Assembly (NCBI GenBank): GCA_021323165.1
Contig: JAJTCJ010000026.1
Coordinates: forward strand, 1,804-65,803
Length of the DNA: 64,000 nt
Origin: Bacteroidota bacterium
Lineage (GTDB): Bacteria; Bacteroidota; Bacteroidia; 2-12-FULL-35-15
Direction of reading: 5' to 3'
Part shown: positions 30,847 through 41,510 of the stretch, piece by piece
How positions within the stretch are numbered: the first letter of the stretch is position 1
How the letters are laid out: the number at the start of each line of letters is the position of its first letter
Notes under the pieces: generated by a model
Databases searched by the model: none
What the model was told of the DNA's origin: nothing
What the model saw: only the letters and a program-made list of their open reading frames with translations
Position numbers and translations under genes: made by a program

Positions 30847-31467
30847 CTATTTATAGATCCACATCAGAACCGGCTTTGTTGACGATTTTATTTTAGGATC
30901 AATTTTTTTCATATTGTTGTTTGAGATTGTCGGACATCCCCAGCCTTCAGGTGTTCCATCCGGATATACTTCTTTATCAGAAACCATGTCCCAGGAATGA
31001 AACACAATTGTGCGGGCAAGTGCATTGCTGTTTGTTGGTTCAAGCCCATGCATAAAATACTTAACTTTTATGCCCCAATCGCTGTGTCCTCTTGCTCCAA
31101 GTTTATATTTCCCAAGCGAAGAACAATGACTCCCATCCTTATTGCTGAATACAGGCGCATCTTTAGAAGAATCCAAACTCCATGGATTATCACAGCAACC
31201 ATGTCCCACCAGAAAACTATTTATAATACTGTCCTTTTGAAGATCATAAACAAAAAACCTGTTCAACCCGGAATGCAGGCTCATATCAATGAGGATACAA
31301 AACTCCGTACTGAAATTATTAGCCTTACAAAAACTCAAAGCTTCTTTTGCTTTGCCTTTCGTTTTTTCAATATTAACTTTTGGATTATTTACATCAGCGG
31401 GCAGCTCATTAATTGTCGTGTTCGACAATGAAGAAATAAAAGTGAGTAGGAGAATGATCAGCTTCAT
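30847..31467 (-). CDS. Murein L,D-transpeptidase catalytic domain family (YkuD-like)
   Basis: IDMSLHSG.NRF, VGHG, SSLG, R.IVFH, GWGCP. Confidence 0.82.
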   Translation of the reverse strand: MKLIILLLTFISSLSNTTINELPADVNNPKVNIEKTKGKAKEALSFCKANNFSTEFCILIDMSLHSGLNRFFVYDLQKDSIINSFLVGHGCCDNPWSLDSSKDAPVFSNKDGSHCSSLGKYKLGARGHSDWGIKVKYFMHGLEPTNSNALARTIVFHSWDMVSDKEVYPDGTPEGWGCPTISNNNMKKIDPKIKSSTKPVLMWIYK

Positions 31468-31502
31468 TTAAACTTTCTGAATTATGTTAAAGCTGCAAAT
31501 AC

Positions 31503-34067
31503 TTATCCGCCAATCTTAAATCCTAAGCTGCCACCGGTTTTTCTTTGATTATCGATCTCGAACTCTTTTACATCAGCTAATGTCAGCGTTGCCAGATGCA
31601 TTGGTGTACGCTCAGAAGATGGCATTTCGGCCAGACGAAGATGCTGGTTCTTCACGGCTTCCTCGATTACTTGGCGAACAGTTCTTGCATTTCCGAAATG
31701 CTTATCGCGATGTGTATGTATATGCTGGAAGTAACTCTTTAAATGATCGTTTGCTTCTGCATCCGGTGTGATCTTTTCTTTATCCAACAGATTAAGAGCG
31801 ATCGCATGCATTTCTTCAGGAGTATAATCTGCAAAATGAAAAGTACGATCAAAGCGTGATTTTAATCCCGGGTTTGATTCAATAAACTCATTCATATTCT
31901 CAGTATACCCTGCTACTATCACTCCGAATTGTCCGCGAAGATCTTCCATTCTTTTTAAGATCACCTGGATCGCTTCCTGCCCATAACTATCATTTGAATT
32001 TTTTCCTGCTAAAGCATAAGCTTCGTCAATGAATAAAATTCCGCCCTGAGCTTCATCTATCTTCTCTCCTGTTTTAATTGCTGTCTGGCCGGTATATCCC
32101 GCCACCAGCGCTTCTCTGTCAACTTCAACAATATGTCCGCGCTCGAGTAAACCAAGTCCTTTATAGATCTTTGCCACAATACGCGCAACAGTCGTTTTAC
32201 CTGTACCAGGATTCCCGGTGAATATGCTGTGTAAAGAAAATTTATTCAATACATCTCTTCCTGTTTCTTTATAAAAGCGGACAAGCTTAACAAGCTCATT
32301 GATCTCCTCTTTCACATTATTCATTCCGGTTAAGTTATTAAGCTCTGCCAAACCTTCCTTCAATAATTTTTCATTCACATCAAGAATAAGTTTCTTCTTA
32401 CCCTGCGATGCAAAAACTTTCAGCATATCCTGCAGTTCTATTCTTGAAAGATCCTCATTACTCATATCAGCAACATTCGCGAGATTCATTAAGCGCAATC
32501 CTAAATTCATCTTCGCTTCATCTATCAGTGAATACACATAGCGCGCATTACCGAATGAGTGGTCGCGTGTACGATAAACTTCTATGAGCATTTCCTGCAT
32601 ATAATGTTTTGCATCATCAGTGATAGTCACACCTTTCTTTTTTGCAGCAAGCTCTGCAATGTCAAACATTTCTTCCGGCAGATAATCATCGAAATGGAAA
32701 TAATGACTGAAACGTGATTTCAATCCCGGGTTTGAATCCACGAAATTCTGCATTTCCTTCGGGTAGCCTGCACACATTATCGCTATATCACCGGTGCCGT
32801 CACTCATTTCACGGATCAGGATCTCTAATACTTCGTGTCCGAAATCATTTGAATCTTCTTTTGTTCTTGTTAAAGCGTATGCTTCATCAATAAATAGAAT
32901 TCCGCCCTTCGCCTCTTCTATCACCTTCTTTACTTTGGGTGCAGTTTGACCGATATACTGAGCAACCAGATCAGAACGATCCACTTCCTTCACATGTCCC
33001 TTACTCAGCAAGCCCATCTTCTTATAGATCTTACCAAGCATATTTACCACAGTTGTTTTTCCTGTTCCCGGATTTCCGGTGAATACACTGTGAAGATTTA
33101 TCTTCCCGCCATCATCAAAGCCTTTGTCTTTTCGAAGCTTCATGAAATTAATGTAATTGATATGATCACGTATGTTTTTCTTTACGTGCTCCATCCCCAC
33201 TAATTCATCCAGCTTGGCAAGAAGCTGCTCAATAGTTTCTTCTTCAACAACGGGAGCCGGATCTGCAACCTGCGTTCCTAAAGAAATTCCTTCTGTAACA
33301 GAAACGAGCGGAGTAGTAACGCCTTCTTCATTTTCATTACCCATTTCGAAAGGCACAAGAGCAACAAGCGTATCCATGAATACGATCTCAACCGTATATT
33401 TATCGTCTTTCCAGGAACCTGCAGATTCACTTCCCCAGCCTGCATCAAAGGTTAAGACCTGATCTTTTCTGTCCTTTTCAATAAGGCCGGTACGCAATGT
33501 TTGGCCTTTGGGCTGACCGGCATCATCATAAAAATTAAAAATGAATTCGTAATTCCAGTCGGCAGCTGTTTTTGTTTTAATTTTAAATTCCACCCATAAG
33601 TATGGCGTTTCACTGCGATTCAGTTTTTTGTAATATGTCCGGTCTGATATCTTCCATCCGTCAAACGGACCCGAAAATAATTTTACAGATTCAACATCAA
33701 AATAAGGATTGTTTTCAGAAGTTACTTTTCCAACTTCTTCAACATAGAATTTTTTCACTCCAACCAGCTCGTCATCAATATAACCTTCCCATGCATAATC
33801 CCCGCGGAACCAATACGCGCCTTCAGTTGCATTTCCCCATCCGTCACGGATAAAAACAATATTGTCATTCATTGAGATCACCTGATCATAATCAAGTGAA
33901 CATAATTCCTTTCTGCCATTAGAAGTAAGATCAACACATTTTAAAGTGATCTTGGCTTTCCAATCCTGTTCGTCAAAAAGTTTATTATAAAAGGAAAATT
34001 CTGTTCTTAGGTAAGTTGTCTCTGCACGATCAAATACAGTACGGTATTTTTTTGTAGCGTTCACCAT
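31503..34067 (-). CDS. Tandem AAA+ ATPase (SpoVK/CbbX/EccA-like) with beta-rich N-terminal region
   Basis: Two modules, each with GNPGTGKTT, GGILFIDEAY, AGY, NPGLKSRF and FGNAR. Confidence 0.9.
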   Translation of the reverse strand: MVNATKKYRTVFDRAETTYLRTEFSFYNKLFDEQDWKAKITLKCVDLTSNGRKELCSLDYDQVISMNDNIVFIRDGWGNATEGAYWFRGDYAWEGYIDDELVGVKKFYVEEVGKVTSENNPYFDVESVKLFSGPFDGWKISDRTYYKKLNRSETPYLWVEFKIKTKTAADWNYEFIFNFYDDAGQPKGQTLRTGLIEKDRKDQVLTFDAGWGSESAGSWKDDKYTVEIVFMDTLVALVPFEMGNENEEGVTTPLVSVTEGISLGTQVADPAPVVEEETIEQLLAKLDELVGMEHVKKNIRDHINYINFMKLRKDKGFDDGGKINLHSVFTGNPGTGKTTVVNMLGKIYKKMGLLSKGHVKEVDRSDLVAQYIGQTAPKVKKVIEEAKGGILFIDEAYALTRTKEDSNDFGHEVLEILIREMSDGTGDIAIMCAGYPKEMQNFVDSNPGLKSRFSHYFHFDDYLPEEMFDIAELAAKKKGVTITDDAKHYMQEMLIEVYRTRDHSFGNARYVYSLIDEAKMNLGLRLMNLANVADMSNEDLSRIELQDMLKVFASQGKKKLILDVNEKLLKEGLAELNNLTGMNNVKEEINELVKLVRFYKETGRDVLNKFSLHSIFTGNPGTGKTTVARIVAKIYKGLGLLERGHIVEVDREALVAGYTGQTAIKTGEKIDEAQGGILFIDEAYALAGKNSNDSYGQEAIQVILKRMEDLRGQFGVIVAGYTENMNEFIESNPGLKSRFDRTFHFADYTPEEMHAIALNLLDKEKITPDAEANDHLKSYFQHIHTHRDKHFGNARTVRQVIEEAVKNQHLRLAEMPSSERTPMHLATLTLADVKEFEIDNQRKTGGSLGFKIGG

Positions 34068-34133
34068 CCATAAAGGAATTTTGGGAAGATTTTGAAAAAA
34101 TAAAAACCTTGCTTTGATTATCTTGAATAGAGT

Positions 34134-34158
34134 ATAAAAAAACCCGCCATAGCAGGTT
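34134..34158 (-). terminator. Putative terminator hairpin
   Basis: AACCCGC-CATA-GCAGGTT preceded by an A run (T tail on the minus strand). Confidence 0.45.
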
Positions 34159-34159
34159 C

Positions 34160-34344
34160 ATGGAACGCTGATCTTTATGATTTTAAGGATTTACGCTGAT
34201 GGCTGACTGGTAAATTGATAAAATCAGGATTTGTTGGAGTTAAAAAATAAACAGAGCTAAAGCAAAAACTAAACACAACTAACCTTTTTTATCATAAGAA
34301 TCATAAAGATCTGCAGCCTGCCCCGATGACATTCGGGGTTCCAT
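34160..34344. repeat. Inverted-repeat element with a 23-bp hairpin inserted in its right arm
   Basis: ATGGAACGCTGATCTTTATGATTTTAAGGAT pairs 27/31 with 34291-34344 once 34315-34337 is removed. Confidence 0.7.
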
Positions 34345-34364
34345 TTCTATACCCTAAATGCAAA

Positions 34365-34396
34365 TAAAAAACCCGCCATCTTTGCAGACAGCGGGC
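34365..34396 (-). terminator. Putative terminator of the lipoprotein gene
   Basis: AAAAAACCCGC...GCGGG hairpin with a T tail on the minus strand. Confidence 0.5.
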
Positions 34397-34432
34397 ATAA
34401 TTAGATAAATCTCTCTAAACTAAATCTAATTA

Positions 34433-34825
34433 TTAGTAGTTACCGGAGGCAACTGCTTTTTGTGAAGGGGAGTTACAGGATCCTTCCTGAAATAAAACAC
34501 CGTTTATATAGATCTGGACATACACTGATTTTCTTGCTGCAGTAGTATTCCAGGCTTCCAATGAGAAGAAATTTCCTTTTGTTGACTTAAAATTTACCGA
34601 ATGTTCTGTCCTGGTGATAGTTTCTGTTTTAACCTCCAGTTTACCATCCGCGTTCGGATAAATGTAAGATGCTTCTAAATTTCCTGATTCGCTAAGTATC
34701 TTATATTCAACATCTATGGAAACCGGAGATTCAATTGCCGAAGCAGGCTGATTGCTGTTGTCCTTTTTGCAAGAAACCGCTAAAAAGCCTACTAACACTG
34801 CAAAAGAAAGTAAAATGTTTTTCAT
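34433..34825 (-). CDS. Hypothetical lipoprotein
   Basis: Lipobox AVSC-KKD; -7 element TACTTTTG at 34853-34860 on the minus strand. Confidence 0.75.
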   Translation of the reverse strand: MKNILLSFAVLVGFLAVSCKKDNSNQPASAIESPVSIDVEYKILSESGNLEASYIYPNADGKLEVKTETITRTEHSVNFKSTKGNFFSLEAWNTTAARKSVYVQIYINGVLFQEGSCNSPSQKAVASGNY

Positions 34826-34995
34826 TGTTGTTTAATTGTCTTTATCCGGGTGCAAAAGTACACCTTTTTAAAGCAAAAACAATAATTTGTCGGGCAAATT
34901 ATACGATTTAACGGGCGGATTTTAAGATTTGGCGGGATTCACTATTTTAAAACTGATTTATAGTTCAAACCACTATTTTACCCCATAATGGCAGA

Positions 34996-36003
34996 TTATT
35001 TCACTCTAAAAATTTCCATCATTTTAGCCGAAGCTTCCAGTGTTTCCGATTTCAGACGTTTGATTATCTCGGAACAGGAAACAATATCGTCAATTAATTC
35101 CACACTTTGTCCTGCACACCATAAGGTCTGATAATTTCCCGGCTTAACCGATTTCTCAAGCTGCCGCATTCCGCTTATCTGAACCCACATCTTAAAGAAT
35201 TTCTTTGTTTGGGAATTATTAGACAACGCTCTTTCGAGCCAATTCTGTTTATACCCGATCTTTTTTGCGAAAGGAGTATTAATTATAGTACACGGTGTCC
35301 CGGAAATTTTTTCAGTAAGTACTATATCCTGCATTTTTGAACTTACGATCGCGTTCTTATAATCATTGCTTACTGTTGCTTCAAGGCTCGCAATAAAACG
35401 CGTTCCTATCGAAACTCCGGCAGCTCCCAAAGCTAGGGCAGAAAGAATTCCTTCTCCTGTAGCTATTCCGCCTGCAGCTATTACTATCTTATCCGGAAAA
35501 TGATGATGCAATGAAGGCACGAGCACCTGTAATGTATTCGGACCTGCATGTCCGCCCGCACCTTGTCCTACAGCAATAAATCCATCACATCCAAGATCAT
35601 TGCATTTTTTTGCATGTTCAATATTGGTAACATCACAAAAAACTTTTGCTCCGTAACTATGAGCCAACTCTATCACCTGTTTAGGATTACCGAGAGATGT
35701 TATATAGAATGGTACTTTTTTTTCTACACAAATTTTTAAATGTTTTTCATATAAAGGATTTGTTTTCTGAACGATGAGATTGATTCCGTATGTTCCTTTC
35801 ACTGTAAGCTTACTCTTCTCTTCATTCAATACATCCAGCAATTTTTCCAGCTCGCCATCATTCCTGTAATTAAGGCTGGGAAAGGTTGCAGCTATTCCAT
35901 TATGCATTCCGCTTTTTAACATTGCTTCGTTGCTAACCAGGAACATGGGTGCCATGATCATCGGGAAATCAATATTAAGGGAAGCGGTTAGTTTTGTTTG
36001 CAT
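34996..36003 (-). CDS. Nitronate monooxygenase / FabK-like flavin oxidoreductase
   Basis: IMAPMFLVS, GAGGHAG, IAAGGI, GTRFIAS.E, AGQ. Confidence 0.9.
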   Translation of the reverse strand: MQTKLTASLNIDFPMIMAPMFLVSNEAMLKSGMHNGIAATFPSLNYRNDGELEKLLDVLNEEKSKLTVKGTYGINLIVQKTNPLYEKHLKICVEKKVPFYITSLGNPKQVIELAHSYGAKVFCDVTNIEHAKKCNDLGCDGFIAVGQGAGGHAGPNTLQVLVPSLHHHFPDKIVIAAGGIATGEGILSALALGAAGVSIGTRFIASLEATVSNDYKNAIVSSKMQDIVLTEKISGTPCTIINTPFAKKIGYKQNWLERALSNNSQTKKFFKMWVQISGMRQLEKSVKPGNYQTLWCAGQSVELIDDIVSCSEIIKRLKSETLEASAKMMEIFRVK

Positions 36004-36069
36004 TTGGTTGAGTTTATAGTTGTGGGAACGGTAAAATATTTTATTTTTGGAAATGTAAAGATAGTTTTT

Positions 36070-36233
36070 TTTACCACGGAGGAACGGAGAGCACTGAGAT
36101 GCACGGAGAATTTTTTACCACTAAGGCACTAAGAAAGATAAGGAAGCTTCGCTTCTGCACTAAGAGCTTAATGGTAAGAGAAATGACCTTTAGAATACAC
36201 AAAACTTTGCGCCTTAGCGTCTTTGCGGTAAAA
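36070..36233. repeat. Cluster of three TTTACC-terminated arms of the GxxExxY-type repeat family
   Basis: 36070-36109 (CACGGAG units), about 36113-36166 (CACTAAG units with nested GGAAGCTTCGCTTCT), and 36203-36233 (CGCAAAG units, reverse orientation). Confidence 0.7.
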
Positions 36234-36281
36234 TTAGGAGCTTGCTTAAACAATAATTAACGAAACTAAAATATAATCACC

Positions 36282-37936
36282 ATGGCCGTAACAAGAATCT
36301 TTGACATCTTACCCCAGCTTTTAGAAAAGTATAATAAGCCTGATGCCCTTGCTGCTAAGGAAAACGGGAAATGGGTAAAGTACTCTACTCAACAGTTTGT
36401 TGACAATGTGAACAACCTTTCTTACGGACTCCTTAATCTCGGGCTTGAACGCGGAGATACTATTGCCATCATTGCAAACAACCGTCCTGAATGGAACTTC
36501 ACTGACTTCGCGGTACAGCAATCAGGAGGAATCAGCGTTCCTATTTATCCTACCGTTAGCGAACATGATCTCGCATTTATTCTGAATGATGCAAAGGTGA
36601 AATATGTCTTCGTTTCAACTGCAGAGCTTTATAAAAAAGTAAAAGCTACTGCTGCAAATGTTCCTTCTATAAAAGGTATCTATACTTATAATAAAGTCGA
36701 AGGCGCTGATCATTGGACAAAGTTAGTGGAAGACGGAAAACGTAATCCGAAAGCCAAAGAGATCGAAACGATCAAGAACAGCATAAAGCCAAATGATCTT
36801 TTCTCTATTCTTTACACTTCAGGCACAACCGGAAATCCTAAAGGTGTAATGCTTTCCCACAACAATCTTATAAGCAACTCTATCGCCTGTCAGGTACTTG
36901 CTCCTTTTGAAAGCAGCTGGAAAGCCCTGAGCTTTCTTCCGCTGAACCACGTTTACGAACGTATGTTAAGTACGCTTTACTTCTATCTTGGTGTTTCTGT
37001 TTATTATGCTGAAAGCCTTGAGACCATCGGAGATAACTTAAAAGAAGTGAAACCACAGATCTTTGGAACTGTTCCGCGCCTTCTTGAAAAAGTATACGAT
37101 AAGATCGTTGCGAAAGGTGATGAACAAACCGGCATCAAGAAAAAATTGTTCTTCTGGGCACTTGATCTTGGGTTACGTTATGAAGTGAACGGTGCTAACG
37201 GATGGTGGTATGAATTCCAGTTAAAATTGGCCAACAAAATAATTTTCTCGAAGTGGAGAGAAGCACTTGGCGGAAATGTTGTTGCAGTTGCTTCAGGCGG
37301 TGCAGCGCTTCAGCCGCGACTTGCACGTGTATTCAATTCTGCAAACATTAAAGTTCTGGAAGGTTACGGACTTACAGAAACTTCCCCGGTGGTTGCTGTG
37401 AACAGCTTCCTGCCCGACAGTATCCGCTTCGGAACTGTTGGACCGGTGATAGAAGGTGTGAAAGTAAAATTTGCTGACGATGGTGAGATCCTTGTAAAAG
37501 GTCCGAATGTAATGCTTGGTTATTATAATCGTCCGGATGCAACAGCTGAAGCTATTGATGCTGAAGGCTGGTTTCATACAGGTGACATCGGTGTGATGTT
37601 GGAGAACAGATTCCTAAAGATCACCGACCGTAAAAAAGAGATCTTCAAAACATCAGGCGGCAAATACATTGCTCCTGTTATGATCGAGAATAAATTAAAA
37701 GAATCTCAGTTCATTGAACAGGTAATGGTGATAGGAGAAAACCAGAAATATGCTTCAGCGCTTATTGTTCCTGCATTTGCATTCCTGAAAGAATATTGCA
37801 AGCGCAAAGGAATTGAATACACCAGCAATGAAGAGATCATTAAAAATCCTATCATATGACTCCTAAAATGTCATTGAAGAGAAAAGTGATCATGGAAGTG
37901 AACAAGGATCTTATTGCTAAGATCTATAATGAATAA
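36282..37936 (+). pseudogene. Long-chain fatty acid-CoA ligase (FadD15-like) with an out-of-frame internal deletion near the C-terminus
   Basis: YTSGTTGNPKG, GYGLTET, WFHTGD, ITDRKK. The ORF stops at 37859, while the family C-terminus MTPKMSLKRK...IY is in another frame at 37856-37936. Confidence 0.82.
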
Positions 37937-37990
37937 TTCTGTTTCATGTTTTTATGAAATACCCATTTCTGAAAAAACATTTATTTATAT

Positions 37991-39848
37991 ATGAAAAAAG
38001 AAAAGCACAAGCCTTCCCCAAAGAAAAAAGAAATAGTTCCTGTCATTGAAAAAAAGCTGGTCGTAAGACTGGCTTTTATTATTGCACTCACCTTGCATCA
38101 TGGTTATGTCCTTGATGATGCTTCCATAATAAAGGACAACACGATGACAAAAGGAGGAACATCTTCCCTGAAGGATATTTTCACATCTTCCTACCGGGCG
38201 GGGCAGGCAAATGCCGAGAATGATCTTTACCGGCCAATGTCAAAAGCGCTGTTTGCTATTGAATGGGAAATAGCACCTGACAACTCAACCCTGGCGCATT
38301 TTATAAATATTGTCCTATACGGAATTGCGTGTGTGCTGATGTTCCTTGTGTTCTCACGATGGACAAGAATAAACATCTACATACTTTTTATTACCACACT
38401 GCTTTTTGCTGCTCATCCTATCCATACCGAAGTGGTGGCGAATATTAAAAGCGCTGATGAGATCCTAGAAGATGCCTCATCTGATTCTTTTTCCTGTCTA
38501 TTTTTTCTTTGCGTTATTATCCAAAGAATCCGCCATCGTTTTTGTGGCCATCATTCCGCTCTTCATTTATTTCTTTACGGAATTCCCTGCTAAGAAGAAC
38601 ATACAGGTCACCGCGATAGCTGCCGTAGTTGCTGTTATTTCACTGATCATTCATAAAAGTGTAACCGGTCAAATAGGCATTCCTATCATCCCGGTGATCG
38701 ACAACTCATTGCTTTATACAGACAATACATCCCTGCAAAAAGCAACCGCGATCATGATCCTTGGAAGATATTTGCTGCTGCTGATCTTCCCTCATCCATT
38801 GTCATGCGATTATTCATTCAATACAATTCCTATCGTAAGCGGTTTCGGTGATCCGGGATTTTTATTCTCTTTAGCAATTCATCTTTTCCTATTGATCTAT
38901 GCTATCAAAAAATTAAAAGAGAAACACATTCTTTCTTTCTGCATTTTGTTTTACCTGATAAGCATGTCTATTGCATCCAACGTATTCATATTAATAGGAA
39001 CACACATGGCAGAGCGACTGCTGTTCTTCCCTTCCATCGCGTTTTGCCTGGGTGTAAGTTATTTACTCTGCAAACTTTTCAAGATTGATTTTGAAAACAT
39101 CATCCCGACTTTCAGTGCATTCTTTAAAACTGCAAAGTCCTATGTTATACTAACAGTAGTTGTGATATTGTTGTTCAGTATAAAGACAATGGCGCGTAAC
39201 AAAGACTGGAAATCGAATTCAGATCTCTTTGCGAAGGATATTGAAACAGTTCCGAACAGCGCACACATGCTGATGTATTACACAGGTGATATCATTAAAA
39301 AAGAAAAATTAGATAAAATGAGTCCTGAAGCGAAACAGGCAACTCTCCTGAAAGCAAAATCGCTCATTGAAAAAGCATTGAAGATCTACGAGCTTTTCCC
39401 TGATGCGCATTATCTGCGCGGAAGGGTTCTCTACGACTTAAAGGATTTTAATGAAGCACATAAGGAATATGCGCGTGCTGCATACCTGAATCCAAGCAAA
39501 GCCATGTATCATGCGGGAACAGCATTATTCGGATTAGGAAAATTTGGTGAGGCGGCAAAAGAATTTGAAACGGCCATGAAATTAAATCCTGAAGATCCGG
39601 ATCCTCCCTTCAATCTCGGAAGCGCATTTGGTGCGATGGGTGAGAATTTAAGAGCCCAGAACAAACCGGAGGAAGCAAGAAAAATGTTCCTTCAGGCAAA
39701 TGTATATTTTGAGAAAGCAATTAAAATGAAACCGGATTATAAATCTGCGTACAAGTTCATGGGTGCAACATATTACAGTCTTGGAGATCCTGTAAAAGGG
39801 AAAGAGTATTCAGATAAAGCTGCGCTTATAATAGAAAAGACAGAATAG
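37991..39848 (+). pseudogene. TMTC-like (DUF1736 + TPR) glycosyltransferase, split by a frameshift/deletion at about 38470
   Basis: First ORF has VLDD, YRP and FAAHPIHTEVVANIK; second has LLSKE, PHPLSCDY, AERLLF.PS, RN.DW and TPRs. Confidence 0.8.
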
Positions 39849-39869
39849 TTTCCTACATAAAACTAAATT

Positions 39870-40586
39870 ATGAAACACCTAACTAAATTATTAGTTGTAA
39901 CTGCGTTTACAATTACAACATCTGTATTGGCACAAACTAACACAGCAGAACCAAAACCTTATATTGATGTTACCGGAATGGCGGAACAGGAAGTTATCCC
40001 TGACGAAATTTTCATAAGCATTGTTATCCGTGAAAGGTATGTGAATAAAGAGAAAATCACTATTGAGATGCAGGAAGAAAAATTAAAATCCGGGCTAAAA
40101 GAAATTGGAATAGACTTAAAGAACCTCTCTTTATCAGATGCCAACGCAGATTATGTTAAAGTTAAATGGAGATCAAAAGATGTTTTAACTAAAAAGGATT
40201 ATACTTTAAAAGTCAATTCCGCGACAACGGTAGGACAAGTATTTCAGCAGCTTGAAAAGATTGAGATTTCAGATGCTTACATTGAAAGAGTTAACCACTC
40301 GAAGATCGACAGCTTAAAAAAAGAAGTGAGGATCCTTGCCATAAAAGCTGCCAAAACAAAAGCAGACTATTTACTTGCTGCAATTGGAGAACAAACCGGA
40401 AAACCATTAATAGTGCAGGAGAAAGAAAACACCTACATGGACTCCAGTATGCTGAATGTGAGGTCAAGCCGTTCTTCATCCACTGAATATTTTGTTGACG
40501 GACAAAAAGTGAGAGGTGAAAGCGATATCCAATTTCAAAAGATAAAGATCCAGTCTGCTATTTATGTTAAGTTTTTGATTAAGTAA
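39870..40586 (+). CDS. SIMPL (DUF541) domain protein
   Basis: Signal peptide; IDVTG.AE.EV.PD; AIKAAK.KA.YL. Confidence 0.88.
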   Translation: MKHLTKLLVVTAFTITTSVLAQTNTAEPKPYIDVTGMAEQEVIPDEIFISIVIRERYVNKEKITIEMQEEKLKSGLKEIGIDLKNLSLSDANADYVKVKWRSKDVLTKKDYTLKVNSATTVGQVFQQLEKIEISDAYIERVNHSKIDSLKKEVRILAIKAAKTKADYLLAAIGEQTGKPLIVQEKENTYMDSSMLNVRSSRSSSTEYFVDGQKVRGESDIQFQKIKIQSAIYVKFLIK

Positions 40587-40719
40587 AAACTTAACATTAA
40601 ATAAACAGCGATTCTGATATTTAATAAGCGCTTATGAATGGATATAAACGCTTAAAAATGGAATTATGGCGTGAAGCCATAAGTTAGGGGCAATGCTTGA
40701 ACCGAATTCAAACAACAAT

Positions 40720-41508
40720 ATGAAGACAGCAATCAAAGACTATTTTAATAACCTAAGCGACATTATAGATGCAGAATCGAGAATCGCTTCCTCGAACAAG
40801 CATAACCCAGACATAGGAGATAATCGCGAGCATATTCTAATAAACTTTTATAATAAGCATCTACCTGACCGCCAAAGAGCCATACAAGGTGGAAAAATAT
40901 TAGCCCTTGGAGGCATCCACTCTAAGCAAATGGATGTAATTGTTAAAAATGACTTATTTCCAAAGTTCGAGCAAAACCATAAGACTTTTGTATTGTTAGA
41001 AAGCGTAGCTGCCGCGGTGACAGTAAAATCCTTTCTAGATACGTCTGCGTTAGAAGATTGTTTATCTAACATTGCCAGTATTCCACAATTAGACACAAAA
41101 ACATTTTCTCTTCAAAATAGTTCTATTAGACGACCAGAACTTGAACAAGAATTCATGAAAAGTCATCCTACATTAGTTGTATTTGCATATGATGGAATTA
41201 GCTCGACTAGCTTAGACGATTCAATGATTAATTTTTATACACGGAATCCAACAATTCCTATGAACCGCAGACCTCATTATATCATTGTGAACGGCAAGTA
41301 TTTCTTTCACCGACTAACGGCAGAATCAAAATCGATTGATGGAGTCTTATTAAAAGCCGACACTTGGACAAAAGTGGAGCTGACAAAGGAGTTACAAGGT
41401 ATTCCTTTGTCGCGTCTAATTCACGATGTAAACTCTTACAATACCTTTTTGAGTTGTATGTCTTTACACTTCCACGAATATCTCAATGAAACGTACTTTT
41501 CACAATAA
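40720..41508 (+). CDS. DUF6602-like putative nuclease-fold protein (cassette 1)
   Basis: H.PDIGDNRE..L, G.I....S.QMDVIV, ESV.A.V.VKS; ATG at 40720 preferred over 40693. Confidence 0.65.
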   Translation: MKTAIKDYFNNLSDIIDAESRIASSNKHNPDIGDNREHILINFYNKHLPDRQRAIQGGKILALGGIHSKQMDVIVKNDLFPKFEQNHKTFVLLESVAAAVTVKSFLDTSALEDCLSNIASIPQLDTKTFSLQNSSIRRPELEQEFMKSHPTLVVFAYDGISSTSLDDSMINFYTRNPTIPMNRRPHYIIVNGKYFFHRLTAESKSIDGVLLKADTWTKVELTKELQGIPLSRLIHDVNSYNTFLSCMSLHFHEYLNETYFSQ

Positions 41509-41510
41509 GT

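Noticed and set aside
25509..36233. CACGGAG-type repeats as a CRISPR array
   Set aside because: Copies are inverted and dispersed, with no regular unique spacers and no cas genes.
36071..36253. 60-aa minus-strand ORF
   Set aside because: Almost entirely composed of repeat arms.
37850..37860. Programmed frameshift in the acyl-CoA ligase
   Set aside because: No slippery site is visible, and conserved sequence appears to be missing rather than merely shifted.
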